A DNA stretch of 64,000 bases from Chitinophaga pinensis (GTDB taxonomy: Bacteria > Bacteroidota > Bacteroidia > NS11-12g > UBA955). Each line of letters opens with the position of its first letter. Position 1 is the stretch's first letter. Both the position numbers and the translations under genes were made by a program. This document shows, piece after piece, positions 29,834 through 40,518 of the stretch. The notes under the pieces were generated by a model, which saw nothing but the letters and a program-made list of their open reading frames with translations, ran no database searches and was not told the origin of the DNA. The stretch is from NCBI GenBank assembly GCA_945890895.1, contig CAMDDG010000003.1, positions 12,938 to 76,937 on the forward strand, given 5' to 3'.

Positions 29834-30919
29834 GTGAATCTTAAAGAACTGCGTTTATATCATTTTAAAAACCACTCCAATATCACCTTGCAATTTGCGG
29901 ATAAGGTAAATGCTATTATTGGCAATAATGGAGTGGGAAAAACCAATATTTTGGATGCAGTTTATTATTTGGCTAATACCAAAAGTTATTTCAATCATTT
30001 AGACAATCAATTGATTCAATTTGGTGAAACTGAATGTTCAATTATGGGCATTTATTCTGATGAAAATCAAAACACTGATATTCAAATTGCATTTGGAGAA
30101 AATCGTAAAAAAACGGTAAAAAAGAACCAAAAGGCATTTCCAAGATTATTGGATTATATTGGTCAGGTATCTGCTGTTTTCATTACTCCGTATGATATTT
30201 CTTTAGTATTTGAAGGTTCAGAAGAACGACGCCGGTTTATCGACTATACCATCAGTCAATTGGATAAGACATATCTCAATCAACTAATTGAGTACAGAAA
30301 AGTAATCGAACAGCGAAATTCATTTCTAAAGTCGTTGGATGGAAAAGATGCAGATCCAATTCTCATGGAATCGTTTAGTTTTAAACTGATTCCTTTATCA
30401 AATTCCATTTTTCAAAAAAGAACTGAATTTATTGAAAAATTTAATCCGTATTTTAACGAATCCTACAGAAAGTTATGTGGGGATTTGAACCAAGAAATTT
30501 TAAAAATTGAATATGTATCTCCTTTGAATAGTGATTCTATCGAAAAAATACTATTAAATAATCATAAAATTGATTGCATCTCCGGTAGAACAAATAATGG
30601 GATACACAAAGACGATTTAAATATTGAAATCAATGGGTTGCCTTTGAAAAAATTTGGATCCCAAGGTCAAATTAAAAGTTCCGTAATTGCTCTTAAACTC
30701 GCACAATATCAATATTTAAATCAGTTATCCGGTAAAAAGCCCTGGTTATTATTGGATGATATTTTTGAAAAAATTGACGAAACCCGTTCACAACAGCTAA
30801 TGAAAATGGTATGCGGTGATGAATTTGGACAGATTTTTGTTTCTGATACGCATGCTCAACGCGTTAAAGATCATTTTGATTCACAAGGTGTTGAAGTAAA
30901 TTACTACATCCTCGAATAA
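29834..30919 (+). CDS. recF: DNA replication and repair protein RecF (GTG start).
   Basis: Walker A GNNGVGKTN, the RecF signature, and the C-terminal LLLDDIFEKIDE. Confidence 0.9.
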   Translation: MNLKELRLYHFKNHSNITLQFADKVNAIIGNNGVGKTNILDAVYYLANTKSYFNHLDNQLIQFGETECSIMGIYSDENQNTDIQIAFGENRKKTVKKNQKAFPRLLDYIGQVSAVFITPYDISLVFEGSEERRRFIDYTISQLDKTYLNQLIEYRKVIEQRNSFLKSLDGKDADPILMESFSFKLIPLSNSIFQKRTEFIEKFNPYFNESYRKLCGDLNQEILKIEYVSPLNSDSIEKILLNNHKIDCISGRTNNGIHKDDLNIEINGLPLKKFGSQGQIKSSVIALKLAQYQYLNQLSGKKPWLLLDDIFEKIDETRSQQLMKMVCGDEFGQIFVSDTHAQRVKDHFDSQGVEVNYYILE

Positions 30920-31084
30920 TGGTGTTTATCAAATCAAAAATCGAGATTCGAAATCTAAAATTACTAAATAGGTTAAGTGATTAAGATTCCCTGGTTAAAC
31001 GGATTATATAAACTGAGTAGCAGGTTTTAATACTGAACGCGATAATATTTATTGTGAGTATGTTTTTATTTGTAAGCTAAAAAA

Positions 31085-31134
31085 ATAATGAACTTCAAGT
31101 ATGTCCAAAATAATGAACTTCAGGTATGTCCAAT
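31085..31134. repeat. Tandem direct repeat of 2 x 25 bp, ATAATGAACTTCA(A/G)GTATGTCCAA(A/T).
   Basis: Read directly from the sequence. It lies in the convergent intergenic gap between recF and ald, 8 bp from the ald stop. Confidence 0.8.
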
Positions 31135-31141
31135 TTACTGA

Positions 31142-32356
31142 TTAATTAAACAAACCTACCATCAAGTCAATATCATGGTATTTAATCCCAAATTTATCCG
31201 AAAGATTTTTATTGGTCAGGTTGCCTTTAAATAAATACATTCCCTTTCGTATTCCTTTTTGAAATTTAGCGAATTCCGCAATTCCTCCACATTGGTGCAA
31301 CTCATCCATCAATGGAGTGAAAACATTACTGAGTGCATACGAAGCCGTTCTACTCACTCTCGACGTAATATTTGGAACACAATAATGAATAATATCGTGT
31401 TTTTTGAAAACGGGTTTTTCGTGGTTGGTTATTTCCGAAGTTTCAAAATTCCCTCCACGATCAATTGCAACGTCAATAATTATACTATTTGGCCGCATTT
31501 TCATTACCATTTCCTCAGTAACAATCATAGGACAGCGATGCGTATTTCCGGCATAAGCTCCAATTACCACATCGGCTCTTTCCAAGGCTGAACTTAAAAC
31601 TTGGGGTTGAATGGTAGAAGTGTATAACTGAAATCCGAAGTTTTTTTGAATTCTTCTTAATCGGTAAACGTTATTATCGAATATTTTAATATTAGCGCCT
31701 AAACCTAAGGCGGCTTTGGTTGCAAATTCGCCAACAGCACCCGCACCAATAATTACGACTTGAGTTGGAGGCACACCGGCAAATCCACCCAACAGTTCTC
31801 CTTTTCCTATGTGTGTGTTATTTAAATACTCACCCGCAATTAAAATGGATGCAGTCCCCGCAATTTCACTCATTGCACGAATGATAGGTAAAGCACCGGA
31901 TTCGTCTTGCAAAAACTCATATGCGAGAGCGTTGATTTTTTTATCCATCATTTTTTTTAGTAAAATGGGATCTAATTGATTCAGTTGCAATGCGGAAATG
32001 AGCAACTGTCCATTTTTCATGAATTCCACTTCTTGAATAGTTGGGGGATCTACTTTTAAAATGATGTCGCTTTCATATACTTCCTTTGCGGTGGATTTGA
32101 TTTCTGCTCCGGCTTCAGAGTATTGGGCATCCGAGAAATTAGCATTTAACCCGATGCCTCTTTCGATATAAATCTGAATCCCGAGTCCGTTTAAATACTT
32201 GACAGCACTGGGGGTCAGTGGAACTCTATTTTCTTGAAATGTAACTTCTTTAGGTATTCCAATGCTAATTGATTTGTTATGGTTCCTCAACTTCGCTTTC
32301 AATGGCAACGTTTCAGTTTCCATTGCAGACATTCCAGAGAATATTTCGTGTTCCAT
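31142..32356 (-). CDS. ald: Alanine dehydrogenase (AlaDH/PNT family).
   Basis: AlaDH/PNT N- and C-domains, with Rossmann motif VIIGAGAVG. Confidence 0.75.
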   Translation of the reverse strand: MEHEIFSGMSAMETETLPLKAKLRNHNKSISIGIPKEVTFQENRVPLTPSAVKYLNGLGIQIYIERGIGLNANFSDAQYSEAGAEIKSTAKEVYESDIILKVDPPTIQEVEFMKNGQLLISALQLNQLDPILLKKMMDKKINALAYEFLQDESGALPIIRAMSEIAGTASILIAGEYLNNTHIGKGELLGGFAGVPPTQVVIIGAGAVGEFATKAALGLGANIKIFDNNVYRLRRIQKNFGFQLYTSTIQPQVLSSALERADVVIGAYAGNTHRCPMIVTEEMVMKMRPNSIIIDVAIDRGGNFETSEITNHEKPVFKKHDIIHYCVPNITSRVSRTASYALSNVFTPLMDELHQCGGIAEFAKFQKGIRKGMYLFKGNLTNKNLSDKFGIKYHDIDLMVGLFN

Positions 32357-32526
32357 TTCGTTAACAGCTTATATCATGTGTAAATTACTTCAAAAAAAGC
32401 ACAATTTCACATGTTTTTCCACAAATATACAACAAATACCATGGCATAAAACAGCCTTAAATGCCAAAGAATTGGCGTTTTTATTGTAAATTGTGGAACT
32501 TTTCGAAATTAACAACGAAACCCAGA

Positions 32527-33792
32527 ATGAGAATAGAGAAGAAATTATTAAATATCCTTGGAGTAGCTTTTGCAGGAATTATAACTGCCACTGGGTACTC
32601 ACAGGCACCTATATCCGATGAAAACTCATACAATGATATTCGAAGAATTGATAGTTTAACCGTTCAATTGTATACCCAAATTCCAAGCCATACCCCTCCC
32701 CAATTTCAAACGGTAGAATCATTCAATCGTCAACATTTTGATGAATGTTTTAAAACCTTAGGAAGCAACATTCCATTCGAATACCACGAAATGGTAAAGG
32801 GCCAAGTGCGTTATTTTTTAAGTTTGGGGGATGCTTATTTTGATAAAATACATCAGCGAATGAGTCTCTATTTCCCTGTTTTTGAGGAAATTCTTGATAA
32901 AAATGCGCTGCCAACCGAGTTGAAGTATGTATCAGTTATCGAGTCAAATTTAAACCCAGATGCGGTTTCTTGGTGTGGTGCAACAGGATTATGGCAATTT
33001 ATGCCTTACACCGGAAAACTAATGGGAATGAAAATTAATGTTTCTTTGGATGAACGTAAAAGTATTATCGCTTCTACTGAAACTGCTTGTGACTATTTCA
33101 AAAATTCACAAATGTTGTTTGATGATTGGCTAATGACAATAGCATCTTACAATTGTGGTGCAGGAAATGTAAAACGCGCAATCCGAAGAGCAGGCGGAGG
33201 CAAAAAAACGTTTTGGCAAATTTTACCTTATCTGCCAAAAGAAACCCAATATTATGTACCTAAATTCATCGCGATGACCTATGTGTTGAATTTCACCAAT
33301 CGAGCAAGAAATCAAACATACAACGGAAACACCCAGTTTTTAGTTCCAACTCGAGTGGATACGAGTTATCATTTGGTGAAAATGTGTAATTACATCGCTG
33401 GAGATGAAAGCCATAAGTTATTAAGTTTAAATCGCGAATTCATCAAGCCCAATACCGCTAACGCTACCAATAATACAATTTTGCTGCCTTACGATTTCAG
33501 TATGAATTATGTTAGAAGTACCGATAGTTTAATGGAACATGCATTAATTCGCCCAGATGAATTAAAATCCTACAATTATCAAAAAACCAATAATAACAAG
33601 GCTCCTGTTTATAACTCTAAAACACGCGTTCATACAGTAAGAAAAGGAGAAACGTTGAGTCAGATTTCTCGAAGGTACGGAATCTCTGTAACACATTTAA
33701 AATCATCGAATGGCTTGAAAAGTGATAAACTTCGAGTTGGTCAACGACTTATTATCCGTAAAGGAGTAACCCATAAACGAAATTACAATTAG
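32527..33792 (+). CDS. Lytic transglycosylase (SLT domain) with a C-terminal LysM.
   Basis: The SLT catalytic region (ESNLNPDAVSWCGATGLWQFMP) and LysM (HTVRKGETLSQISRRYGISVTHL). Signal peptide from the ATG at 32527. Confidence 0.8.
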   Translation: MRIEKKLLNILGVAFAGIITATGYSQAPISDENSYNDIRRIDSLTVQLYTQIPSHTPPQFQTVESFNRQHFDECFKTLGSNIPFEYHEMVKGQVRYFLSLGDAYFDKIHQRMSLYFPVFEEILDKNALPTELKYVSVIESNLNPDAVSWCGATGLWQFMPYTGKLMGMKINVSLDERKSIIASTETACDYFKNSQMLFDDWLMTIASYNCGAGNVKRAIRRAGGGKKTFWQILPYLPKETQYYVPKFIAMTYVLNFTNRARNQTYNGNTQFLVPTRVDTSYHLVKMCNYIAGDESHKLLSLNREFIKPNTANATNNTILLPYDFSMNYVRSTDSLMEHALIRPDELKSYNYQKTNNNKAPVYNSKTRVHTVRKGETLSQISRRYGISVTHLKSSNGLKSDKLRVGQRLIIRKGVTHKRNYN

Positions 33793-33842
33793 AAGTTTCC
33801 TTTAGTTTCTACTTCTTCCTTATTTTCTGCTAAATTTGTGGT

Positions 33843-34868
33843 ATGTCTTGTATCACCACCACTTTTCGTTTTGTAATTATTACGATGTCTGTATTTGTGG
33901 CCACATTTTCATGTAATAACATTCAAGAAGATTTAGTACCAGTTATTGACGAAGTGGGTCATGTGGGTATCTATGCTTCCGAAAAGAATTTAAACTCATT
34001 GTTGGAATTGGTTCAAGTAAAATATCCCCTATTGGATTCACATTTAATTATAGATGACTTTACGGGAAATGTTCGTTACGAGAATTGTTGGAATTTCACA
34101 CCTATTGAGGAGGAAGAATTTATCAAAAACCATCGATTAGTAATCACGGATGAATCGGTAAATTTCCCAAATAAATACGATACTTCATTTGTTTTTAACG
34201 ATAAACAGTTCAATGTCTATAGAAATCCATTTGGATTGGGTCAAATGATTATTGAGATCGTTGATTTTGATGAAACGACCATAAATTCAATGAGTTCAAT
34301 GTTATTTCTAAATAACGTCATCGAATATTGCAACGAATCCATTGAATTGCAATCCAATGAGTATTCAAAGAAACTTCAAAAAACGGTTGAAAATCAATTT
34401 GGCGTTCAAATGGAAATTCCATCAAGCTTTAAAGTTTTCAAAAGCGATAGCAACTTTATTTGGATATCGTCTCTGAAGCCCAACGGAGGTTATATGTCTG
34501 TGTGTATTGAAAACATCCCCCAAGAAAGCCTTCCAAAAACGTTGGACGAAGCTATTTTGGAGCGAAATTTCTCCAGTAAATTGCACTTTTTTAATGATGA
34601 AGGCACGAACATGGCTGTGAGTGATTTAGGAAATTATAAGCCTAAATTGGTTCCTTCTTACAATAATAATAATAATGATTGCAAATTGGGTATAAGAGGA
34701 TGGTTTACTGAATTAGGAACCACCAGACGCGGACCATTTGAAAGGAAATATTTTGTAAAAAATAATCGCGTAGTTGCAATAGAATGGTTTGCTCAAGGCG
34801 GCACTGATTTTGCTAATGACTCACGTTTACTACGAAAAATAGTGAACTCAGTGCGAATTATTCATTAA
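33843..34868 (+). CDS. Hypothetical lipoprotein (possibly DUF4837-like).
   Basis: Signal peptide with a lipobox (TFSC). I recognise no enzymatic motif. Confidence 0.4.
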   Translation: MSCITTTFRFVIITMSVFVATFSCNNIQEDLVPVIDEVGHVGIYASEKNLNSLLELVQVKYPLLDSHLIIDDFTGNVRYENCWNFTPIEEEEFIKNHRLVITDESVNFPNKYDTSFVFNDKQFNVYRNPFGLGQMIIEIVDFDETTINSMSSMLFLNNVIEYCNESIELQSNEYSKKLQKTVENQFGVQMEIPSSFKVFKSDSNFIWISSLKPNGGYMSVCIENIPQESLPKTLDEAILERNFSSKLHFFNDEGTNMAVSDLGNYKPKLVPSYNNNNNDCKLGIRGWFTELGTTRRGPFERKYFVKNNRVVAIEWFAQGGTDFANDSRLLRKIVNSVRIIH

Positions 34869-34943
34869 CAATTCATGTAACATAGTATTTTAAGTGCTTC
34901 TATATCATAAACAAACATCCAATTCAAAGAAATCAACAAAAAA

Positions 34944-35516
34944 ATGAAAAAAGTCATCATTTTTGCTTCTGGTTCTGGTAGCAATGCTGAGAATATCATT
35001 CAAAAATATCATAAAAAAGAGATGGATGTGGTTCGTGTGTTTTGCAACAATCCAAACGCCGGAATAATTGAAAGATGCGCTCGACTGCAAATAGATTGTC
35101 GTATTTTCAACAAATCGGAATGGAACAATTTAGCATCCGATTTATATGCAGAAATTAAAAACACTGAAGCTAATCTAGTGATTTTAGCCGGATTTTTATG
35201 GAAAGTTAACAGCATATTGTTGGAATTATTTCCCGAAAGAATCATCAACATCCATCCTTCTTTATTGCCGAAATACGGTGGAAAAGGAATGTATGGAAAC
35301 CATGTTCACCAAGCAGTTATTGAAAATTCAGAGAAAGAGTCAGGAATTACCATTCATTTGGTCAATTCAGAATACGATAAAGGTGCAATTTTATTTCAAA
35401 AAGCCATTCCCATCCCCCAAAATTCAACTCCAGAATCTTTGGCTTCCTTGATTCATGAACTGGAATATGAATATTTTCCCAAGGTGATTTTAGAATATAT
35501 TAATCAAATCCAATAA
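34944..35516 (+). CDS. purN: Phosphoribosylglycinamide formyltransferase.
   Basis: GSGSN and NIHPSLLP motifs; the formyl_trans_N fold. Confidence 0.85.
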   Translation: MKKVIIFASGSGSNAENIIQKYHKKEMDVVRVFCNNPNAGIIERCARLQIDCRIFNKSEWNNLASDLYAEIKNTEANLVILAGFLWKVNSILLELFPERIINIHPSLLPKYGGKGMYGNHVHQAVIENSEKESGITIHLVNSEYDKGAILFQKAIPIPQNSTPESLASLIHELEYEYFPKVILEYINQIQ

Positions 35517-35538
35517 CTTCACAATTACAACTCAAATT

Positions 35539-36693
35539 ATGAAATACAATCATATCGAAACCAAAGTTTTGCATGCTGGAATAGAGCCAGATCCAAGTAC
35601 GGGTGCTATAATGACCCCTATTTTCCAAACCAGTACGTATGTTCAAGCTGCCCCAGGCGATCACAAAGGATACGAATATGCTCGAACCCAAAATCCGACC
35701 CGAAATGCGCTTCAACAAAATTTAGCGGCATTGGAACAAATGAAATATGGCTTGTGCTTCAGTACGGGAATGGGTGCAGTTGACGCATGTATAAAATTAT
35801 TGTCGCCAGGCGATGAAGTCATTGCTACCAATGATTTATACGGAGGAAGTTACCGCATTTTTACTACGGTTTTCGCAAAAATGGGAATCAAATTTCATTT
35901 TGTAGATATGTCAAATCCCGACAATGTATCTGCCGCAATAAACAGTCAAACGAAAATGGTTTGGGTTGAAACTCCCACAAATCCTTTGTTGAAAATCATT
36001 GATATTGAATCGGTTGCCAAAATTGGTCATCAAGCTGGAGCTATTGTAGTAGTAGACAACACCTTCAGCTCACCCTATCTTCAAAATCCATTCAAACAAG
36101 GAGCTGACATTGTAATGCACTCAGCCACTAAGTACATCAACGGACACTCTGACGTTGTAATGGGAGTTTTATGTGTGAATGACGATGATTTGCACCAACG
36201 TTTGGCATTTTTGCAAAACACCTGTGGCGCTACACCCGGTCCAATGGATTGCTTTTTAGTTCTTCGGGGGATAAAAACCTTGCACATTCGTATGGAGCGA
36301 CATTGTCAAAACGGCAAGAAAGTAGCAGAATATTTGGCTCAACATCCCAAAGTTGGAGAAGTATATTGGCCGGGATTTGAAAATCATCCGAATCACGAAG
36401 TTGCCAAGAAACAAATGCGTGATTTTGGAGGTATGATTTCATTTACATTAAAAAATGATGCCATTGAACCTGCCTTAACTTTTTTGAAATCAACAAAATT
36501 ATTTTCTCTTGCAGAAAGTTTGGGTGGCGTGGAAAGTTTGGTGGGTCATCCAGCTACTATGACTCATGCAAGTATACCAAAAGAGCAGCGAATTGCCAAT
36601 GGATTAAAAGATAGTTTGATTCGTTTAAGTGTTGGTATTGAACACATTGACGATTTAATTGCGGATTTAGATGCTGCTTTAGCAACTGCATAA
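35539..36693 (+). CDS. PLP-dependent trans-sulfuration enzyme (cystathionine gamma-synthase/beta-lyase, or methionine gamma-lyase family).
   Basis: Cys_Met_Meta_PP family. The motif SATKYINGHSD carries the PLP lysine. Confidence 0.8.
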   Translation: MKYNHIETKVLHAGIEPDPSTGAIMTPIFQTSTYVQAAPGDHKGYEYARTQNPTRNALQQNLAALEQMKYGLCFSTGMGAVDACIKLLSPGDEVIATNDLYGGSYRIFTTVFAKMGIKFHFVDMSNPDNVSAAINSQTKMVWVETPTNPLLKIIDIESVAKIGHQAGAIVVVDNTFSSPYLQNPFKQGADIVMHSATKYINGHSDVVMGVLCVNDDDLHQRLAFLQNTCGATPGPMDCFLVLRGIKTLHIRMERHCQNGKKVAEYLAQHPKVGEVYWPGFENHPNHEVAKKQMRDFGGMISFTLKNDAIEPALTFLKSTKLFSLAESLGGVESLVGHPATMTHASIPKEQRIANGLKDSLIRLSVGIEHIDDLIADLDAALATA

Positions 36694-36706
36694 ATTATCA
36701 TAAAAA

Positions 36707-37663
36707 ATGAGGAAGGATCTTCAAGAAACTTTGTGGAAATATGCTGAAAAGTACCGCGTAGCAGAATTTCTTGAAGATGATCCCATTCAAATCCCCCATC
36801 GATTTTCAAAAAAAGAAGACATTGAAATTTCAGCGTTTTTCAGTGCCATTATGGCATGGGGACAACGCAAAAGTATCATAAAATCCGGCAATGAATTGTT
36901 GAATCGAATGGATAATGCTCCATTTGAATTTGTACTGAATTTTGAAAAATCAGACGAAAGAGTATTCCAAGGGTTTGTTCATAGAACGTTAAACTCAGAA
37001 GACATAATATTCATTTTATATCGATTTCAATCTCTGTATAAGCAAGGAAAATCCATAGAATCCGTATTTGGTTTAAATTCAAATCATGATACATTGATTT
37101 CTTCAACAATTTCTTCGAATTATACCGATAAAAATACTATTAGCAAGGAAAAACTCTTATCCTTGGAGTCAGAAACTGGTATACACAGTAAATTCATTAA
37201 GGCTGGAAATTCTTCCCAAAGTTCAGATTCCTCCAATACATACTACGGAAAATCAGATTCCCAAATTTTCTACAGAGAACACCGAGTAAAAAATGCTATT
37301 TCAAATTTTTACGATTGGATGTTTGAATTTGGTGAAACTCGAACCAAGAAACACATTTCGGATCCTCGTAAGAAAAGCGCGTGTAAACGAATCAATATGT
37401 ATTTAAGATGGATGGTCAGAGAAGACGACGGTTTGGATTTTGGAATATGGAAAAGTATTCAACCATCAGAACTAATGATGCCATTGGATGTGCACGTATT
37501 GCGAATGACAGAAAAGCTGGAAATTGCTTCAAATATTAAAGGAAACTGGGATGGTTGTGAAAAACTTACTGGAATTTTCCGGGAGATTCATCCATCTGAT
37601 CCTACCCTATTTGATTTTGCACTTTTTGGTCTAGGGGTCGATTATCGTCGACAATTGGTTTAG
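36707..37663 (+). CDS. TIGR02757/DUF2400 family protein with a Ser-rich internal insert.
   Basis: The N-terminus (DDPIQIPHRF..KEDIEISAFFSAIMAWGQRKSI) matches the DUF2400 pattern. There is an S/N-rich insert of about 60 aa. Confidence 0.5.
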   Translation: MRKDLQETLWKYAEKYRVAEFLEDDPIQIPHRFSKKEDIEISAFFSAIMAWGQRKSIIKSGNELLNRMDNAPFEFVLNFEKSDERVFQGFVHRTLNSEDIIFILYRFQSLYKQGKSIESVFGLNSNHDTLISSTISSNYTDKNTISKEKLLSLESETGIHSKFIKAGNSSQSSDSSNTYYGKSDSQIFYREHRVKNAISNFYDWMFEFGETRTKKHISDPRKKSACKRINMYLRWMVREDDGLDFGIWKSIQPSELMMPLDVHVLRMTEKLEIASNIKGNWDGCEKLTGIFREIHPSDPTLFDFALFGLGVDYRRQLV

Positions 37664-37698
37664 TGTATACATTTTTTTATTGTAACTTTGCACCTACT

Positions 37699-38016
37699 AT
37701 GGCAGTTGAATTCACAAGCAGTAATTTCCAAAGCGAAGTTTTGGGTTCTGACAAACCTGTATTGGTTGATTTTTGGGCAGAATGGTGCGGTCCTTGTAAA
37801 ATGATCGGCCCTATCGTTGAAGAATTGCACAACGATTATAATGGAAAAGCAGTTGTAGGGAAATTAAACGTAGATGAGAATCCTGATATCGCAATGAACT
37901 ATCAAGTTCGCAGTATTCCAACTATTTTAGTTTTCAAAAACGGCGAAGTTGTAGACAAGATCATTGGTGCTGTTCCAAAAACGGTTTTAAGTCAAAAATT
38001 AGAAGCTCACGTCTAA
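37699..38016 (+). CDS. trxA: Thioredoxin.
   Basis: WCGPCK active site and the thioredoxin fold. The ATG at 37699 is preferred over the ORF-track start. Confidence 0.9.
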   Translation: MAVEFTSSNFQSEVLGSDKPVLVDFWAEWCGPCKMIGPIVEELHNDYNGKAVVGKLNVDENPDIAMNYQVRSIPTILVFKNGEVVDKIIGAVPKTVLSQKLEAHV

Positions 38017-38039
38017 ATTAGAAAATCTTTTTATAAAAA

Positions 38040-38069
38040 GGCTGCCTAAATCGAGGCGGCCTTTTTTTT
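38040..38069 (+). terminator. Rho-independent terminator after trxA.
   Basis: GGCTGCC-TAAATCGA-GGCGGCC stem with one U.G wobble, followed by T8. Confidence 0.7.
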
Positions 38070-38202
38070 GCAGTGTCTGTTTACCCTAATAAGATTAGAA
38101 CAAACATTTTGGCTACAGCAAAAAACTCAATAGCTGAACCAGTAAAATCCTTGATTTTACTTAAAATTACATAAATAAATTGTAATTTCGGAAAGCGGAA
38201 AT

Positions 38203-39165
38203 ATGTTATTAAAAGAAGTACAAGGAATCAACAATCTGTCGTTTTTAGCACAAAAAGCGATGCAAGGATTTATTACTGGTCTTCATAACAGTCCGTTAAA
38301 AGGATTTTCGGTAGAATTTGCTGAACACCGCTTTTATAATACGGGTGAAAGTGTAAAAAATCTCGATTGGAAATTATTGGCGAGAACTGAGAAGAAATAT
38401 GTGAAACAGTTCATTGAAGAAACCAATTTAAAGGCACATATCTGGTTGGATGTTTCGGGCAGTATGGCGTTCCCTTATCCTCAGCAAAACAAACTCAAAC
38501 TCGGTTTACTCATTAGTTCCACCTTGGGATATATATTAAACAAGCAGCGTGATGCATTCATGCTACAATTGTTTAATGGCAAAAATGTTCTTTGGCAATC
38601 CGAATTGAAATCTACTAAAAGTCACTTGAGTTATTGTATTACTCTTTTGGAAAAGTTGTGGACGAAAGGTTTAAGTATTGAATTAACATCCCCCGAAAAA
38701 AATAATGCAACTACATTAGAAAATTTATTGGACATTAAAACCGGATCAACTCGAATGAGTGAATCATTACAACATTTGGGTAGAAGAAATTTGGTGGTGA
38801 TTTGTAGCGATTGTTTGTGGGATAATAATAATGGAGAAGAAGAATTGGAATTCTGGAATAGCTTGAATTACATGCGTTATAAAAAAGCTGAAGTACTTTT
38901 AATTCATATTATGGATGAAGAATTAGAACTTAACCTTAACCTTCAGGACAGTCCGATACTCTTTCAAGATTTAGAAAATCATGAACAAATTCGTTTAAAT
39001 CCCGTTGAATATCAGAAACTGTATTCGGAAAACGAAACAAAGCGAGTTCAAAAAATTAAAGAGAATTGTTATTCACTTGGAATCGGATATTTTCAAATAG
39101 ATGTATCCCAGCCATTAGAAACTGCGCTGTTCGCTTTTTACAAACAGCGCAATAAAATAGTATAG
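38203..39165 (+). CDS. DUF58 domain protein (vWA-like, MoxR-associated family).
   Basis: EFAEHRFYNTGESVKNLDWKLLARTEKKYVKQFIEE is the canonical DUF58 N-terminal block. Confidence 0.75.
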   Translation: MLLKEVQGINNLSFLAQKAMQGFITGLHNSPLKGFSVEFAEHRFYNTGESVKNLDWKLLARTEKKYVKQFIEETNLKAHIWLDVSGSMAFPYPQQNKLKLGLLISSTLGYILNKQRDAFMLQLFNGKNVLWQSELKSTKSHLSYCITLLEKLWTKGLSIELTSPEKNNATTLENLLDIKTGSTRMSESLQHLGRRNLVVICSDCLWDNNNGEEELEFWNSLNYMRYKKAEVLLIHIMDEELELNLNLQDSPILFQDLENHEQIRLNPVEYQKLYSENETKRVQKIKENCYSLGIGYFQIDVSQPLETALFAFYKQRNKIV

Positions 39166-39177
39166 TTTAAATTAAAA

Positions 39178-40518
39178 TTAACGAATTTTATCAAATTGCA
39201 GTCGCTGAGCATTGATTTCAGCAAATTTACCTTGGTGGTAACTACGAGTTCCATTTACAAACACAGAATCAATTGAATGACTGAATGTTGTGCCTAATAA
39301 TGGCGACCAATCACATTTATACAATATGGACTCTTGGGTAACTTGATACGGCGTATTGGGTTTAACCAAAACCAAATCTGCCGCAAAACCTTCACGAATA
39401 AAACCGCGATTTTTCAATTTATAGGCAATTGCTGGATTGTGCGACATTTTTTCTACCATTTTTTCCAAACTTAATTTCCCTTTTTGTACTTTTTCTAACA
39501 TCAAGAGCAACGTATGTTGAATTAACGGAAGACCTGCATGGCAGTTTAAATAATTGGAATGAAACTTTTCCTCTTGGGTATGCGGTGCATGATCCGTAGC
39601 GATAACATCTAGACGATCATCAAGTAATGCCTGCCACAACGCATCTTGGTCTGATTGCGATTTTACTGCTGGATTGCATTTTATTTGATGTTGTAATTGC
39701 TGGTAATCCGTATCCGCAAAATGCAGGTGGTGTACACAAACTTCTGATGTTATTCTTTTTTGATTTAGGGGGATATCATTTCGGAACAAATGTGTTTCAA
39801 TGGCGGATGTAATATGTAAAATATGCAATCGCGTATTGTTTTTTTTTGCCAACTCCACTGCTAAAGAGGAACTTAAATAACACGCTTGATCATCGCGAAT
39901 AACTGGATGTTGATTGGCTGGTATACCCTCTGGGAATTTATTTTTTGCTTCCTCTAATCTGGATTTGACCCGGGTTTCACATTCGCAATGGGTTGCAATC
40001 AACGTTGGAATCTCAGCAAAAATCTTGTGAAGAACATTGGAATCATCAACCAGCATATCTCCGGTTGAACTACCCATAAAAATTTTTACACCACATACGT
40101 TTTCGGTATCAACTTTTTTTAATTCTTCCAAATTATCGTTGGTGGCTCCTAAATAAAAAGAATAATTCACCCAAGAAGTTTCTTTACCTATGAGATATTT
40201 GGCTTCTAACAATTCATTGGTAGTGGTTTGAGGAACTACATTGGGCATTTCCATGAATGAAGTTACTCCACCCGCTAAAGCAGCTTTAGATTCAGTAGAA
40301 ATGTTGGCTTTGTGTGTTAGACCAGGTTCACGAAAATGAACTTGATCATCAATAATACCCGGAATTAAATACATCCCTTCTGCATTTACTTCAAGAACGC
40401 TATTGTCGCTTTGAATGCAGGATTCAATTTTTTGAATGATCCCGTTGGATATGAGTACATCCATAACTTTGGTTGTTCCTTCATTTATTACGAAAGCTTG
40501 CTTTATTAGGTAATCCAT
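39178..40518 (-). CDS. pyrC: Dihydroorotase (amidohydrolase, multifunctional-complex type).
   Basis: DDQVHFREPG metal-binding motif and the cyclic amidohydrolase family. Confidence 0.75.
   Translation of the reverse strand: MDYLIKQAFVINEGTTKVMDVLISNGIIQKIESCIQSDNSVLEVNAEGMYLIPGIIDDQVHFREPGLTHKANISTESKAALAGGVTSFMEMPNVVPQTTTNELLEAKYLIGKETSWVNYSFYLGATNDNLEELKKVDTENVCGVKIFMGSSTGDMLVDDSNVLHKIFAEIPTLIATHCECETRVKSRLEEAKNKFPEGIPANQHPVIRDDQACYLSSSLAVELAKKNNTRLHILHITSAIETHLFRNDIPLNQKRITSEVCVHHLHFADTDYQQLQHQIKCNPAVKSQSDQDALWQALLDDRLDVIATDHAPHTQEEKFHSNYLNCHAGLPLIQHTLLLMLEKVQKGKLSLEKMVEKMSHNPAIAYKLKNRGFIREGFAADLVLVKPNTPYQVTQESILYKCDWSPLLGTTFSHSIDSVFVNGTRSYHQGKFAEINAQRLQFDKIR

Noticed and set aside
31142-32356. 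Considered whether the ald-like gene is a PntA transhydrogenase alpha subunit.
   Set aside because: It is a single 404-aa protein with no C-terminal TM segment and no adjacent pntB, so the alanine dehydrogenase family assignment is preferred.
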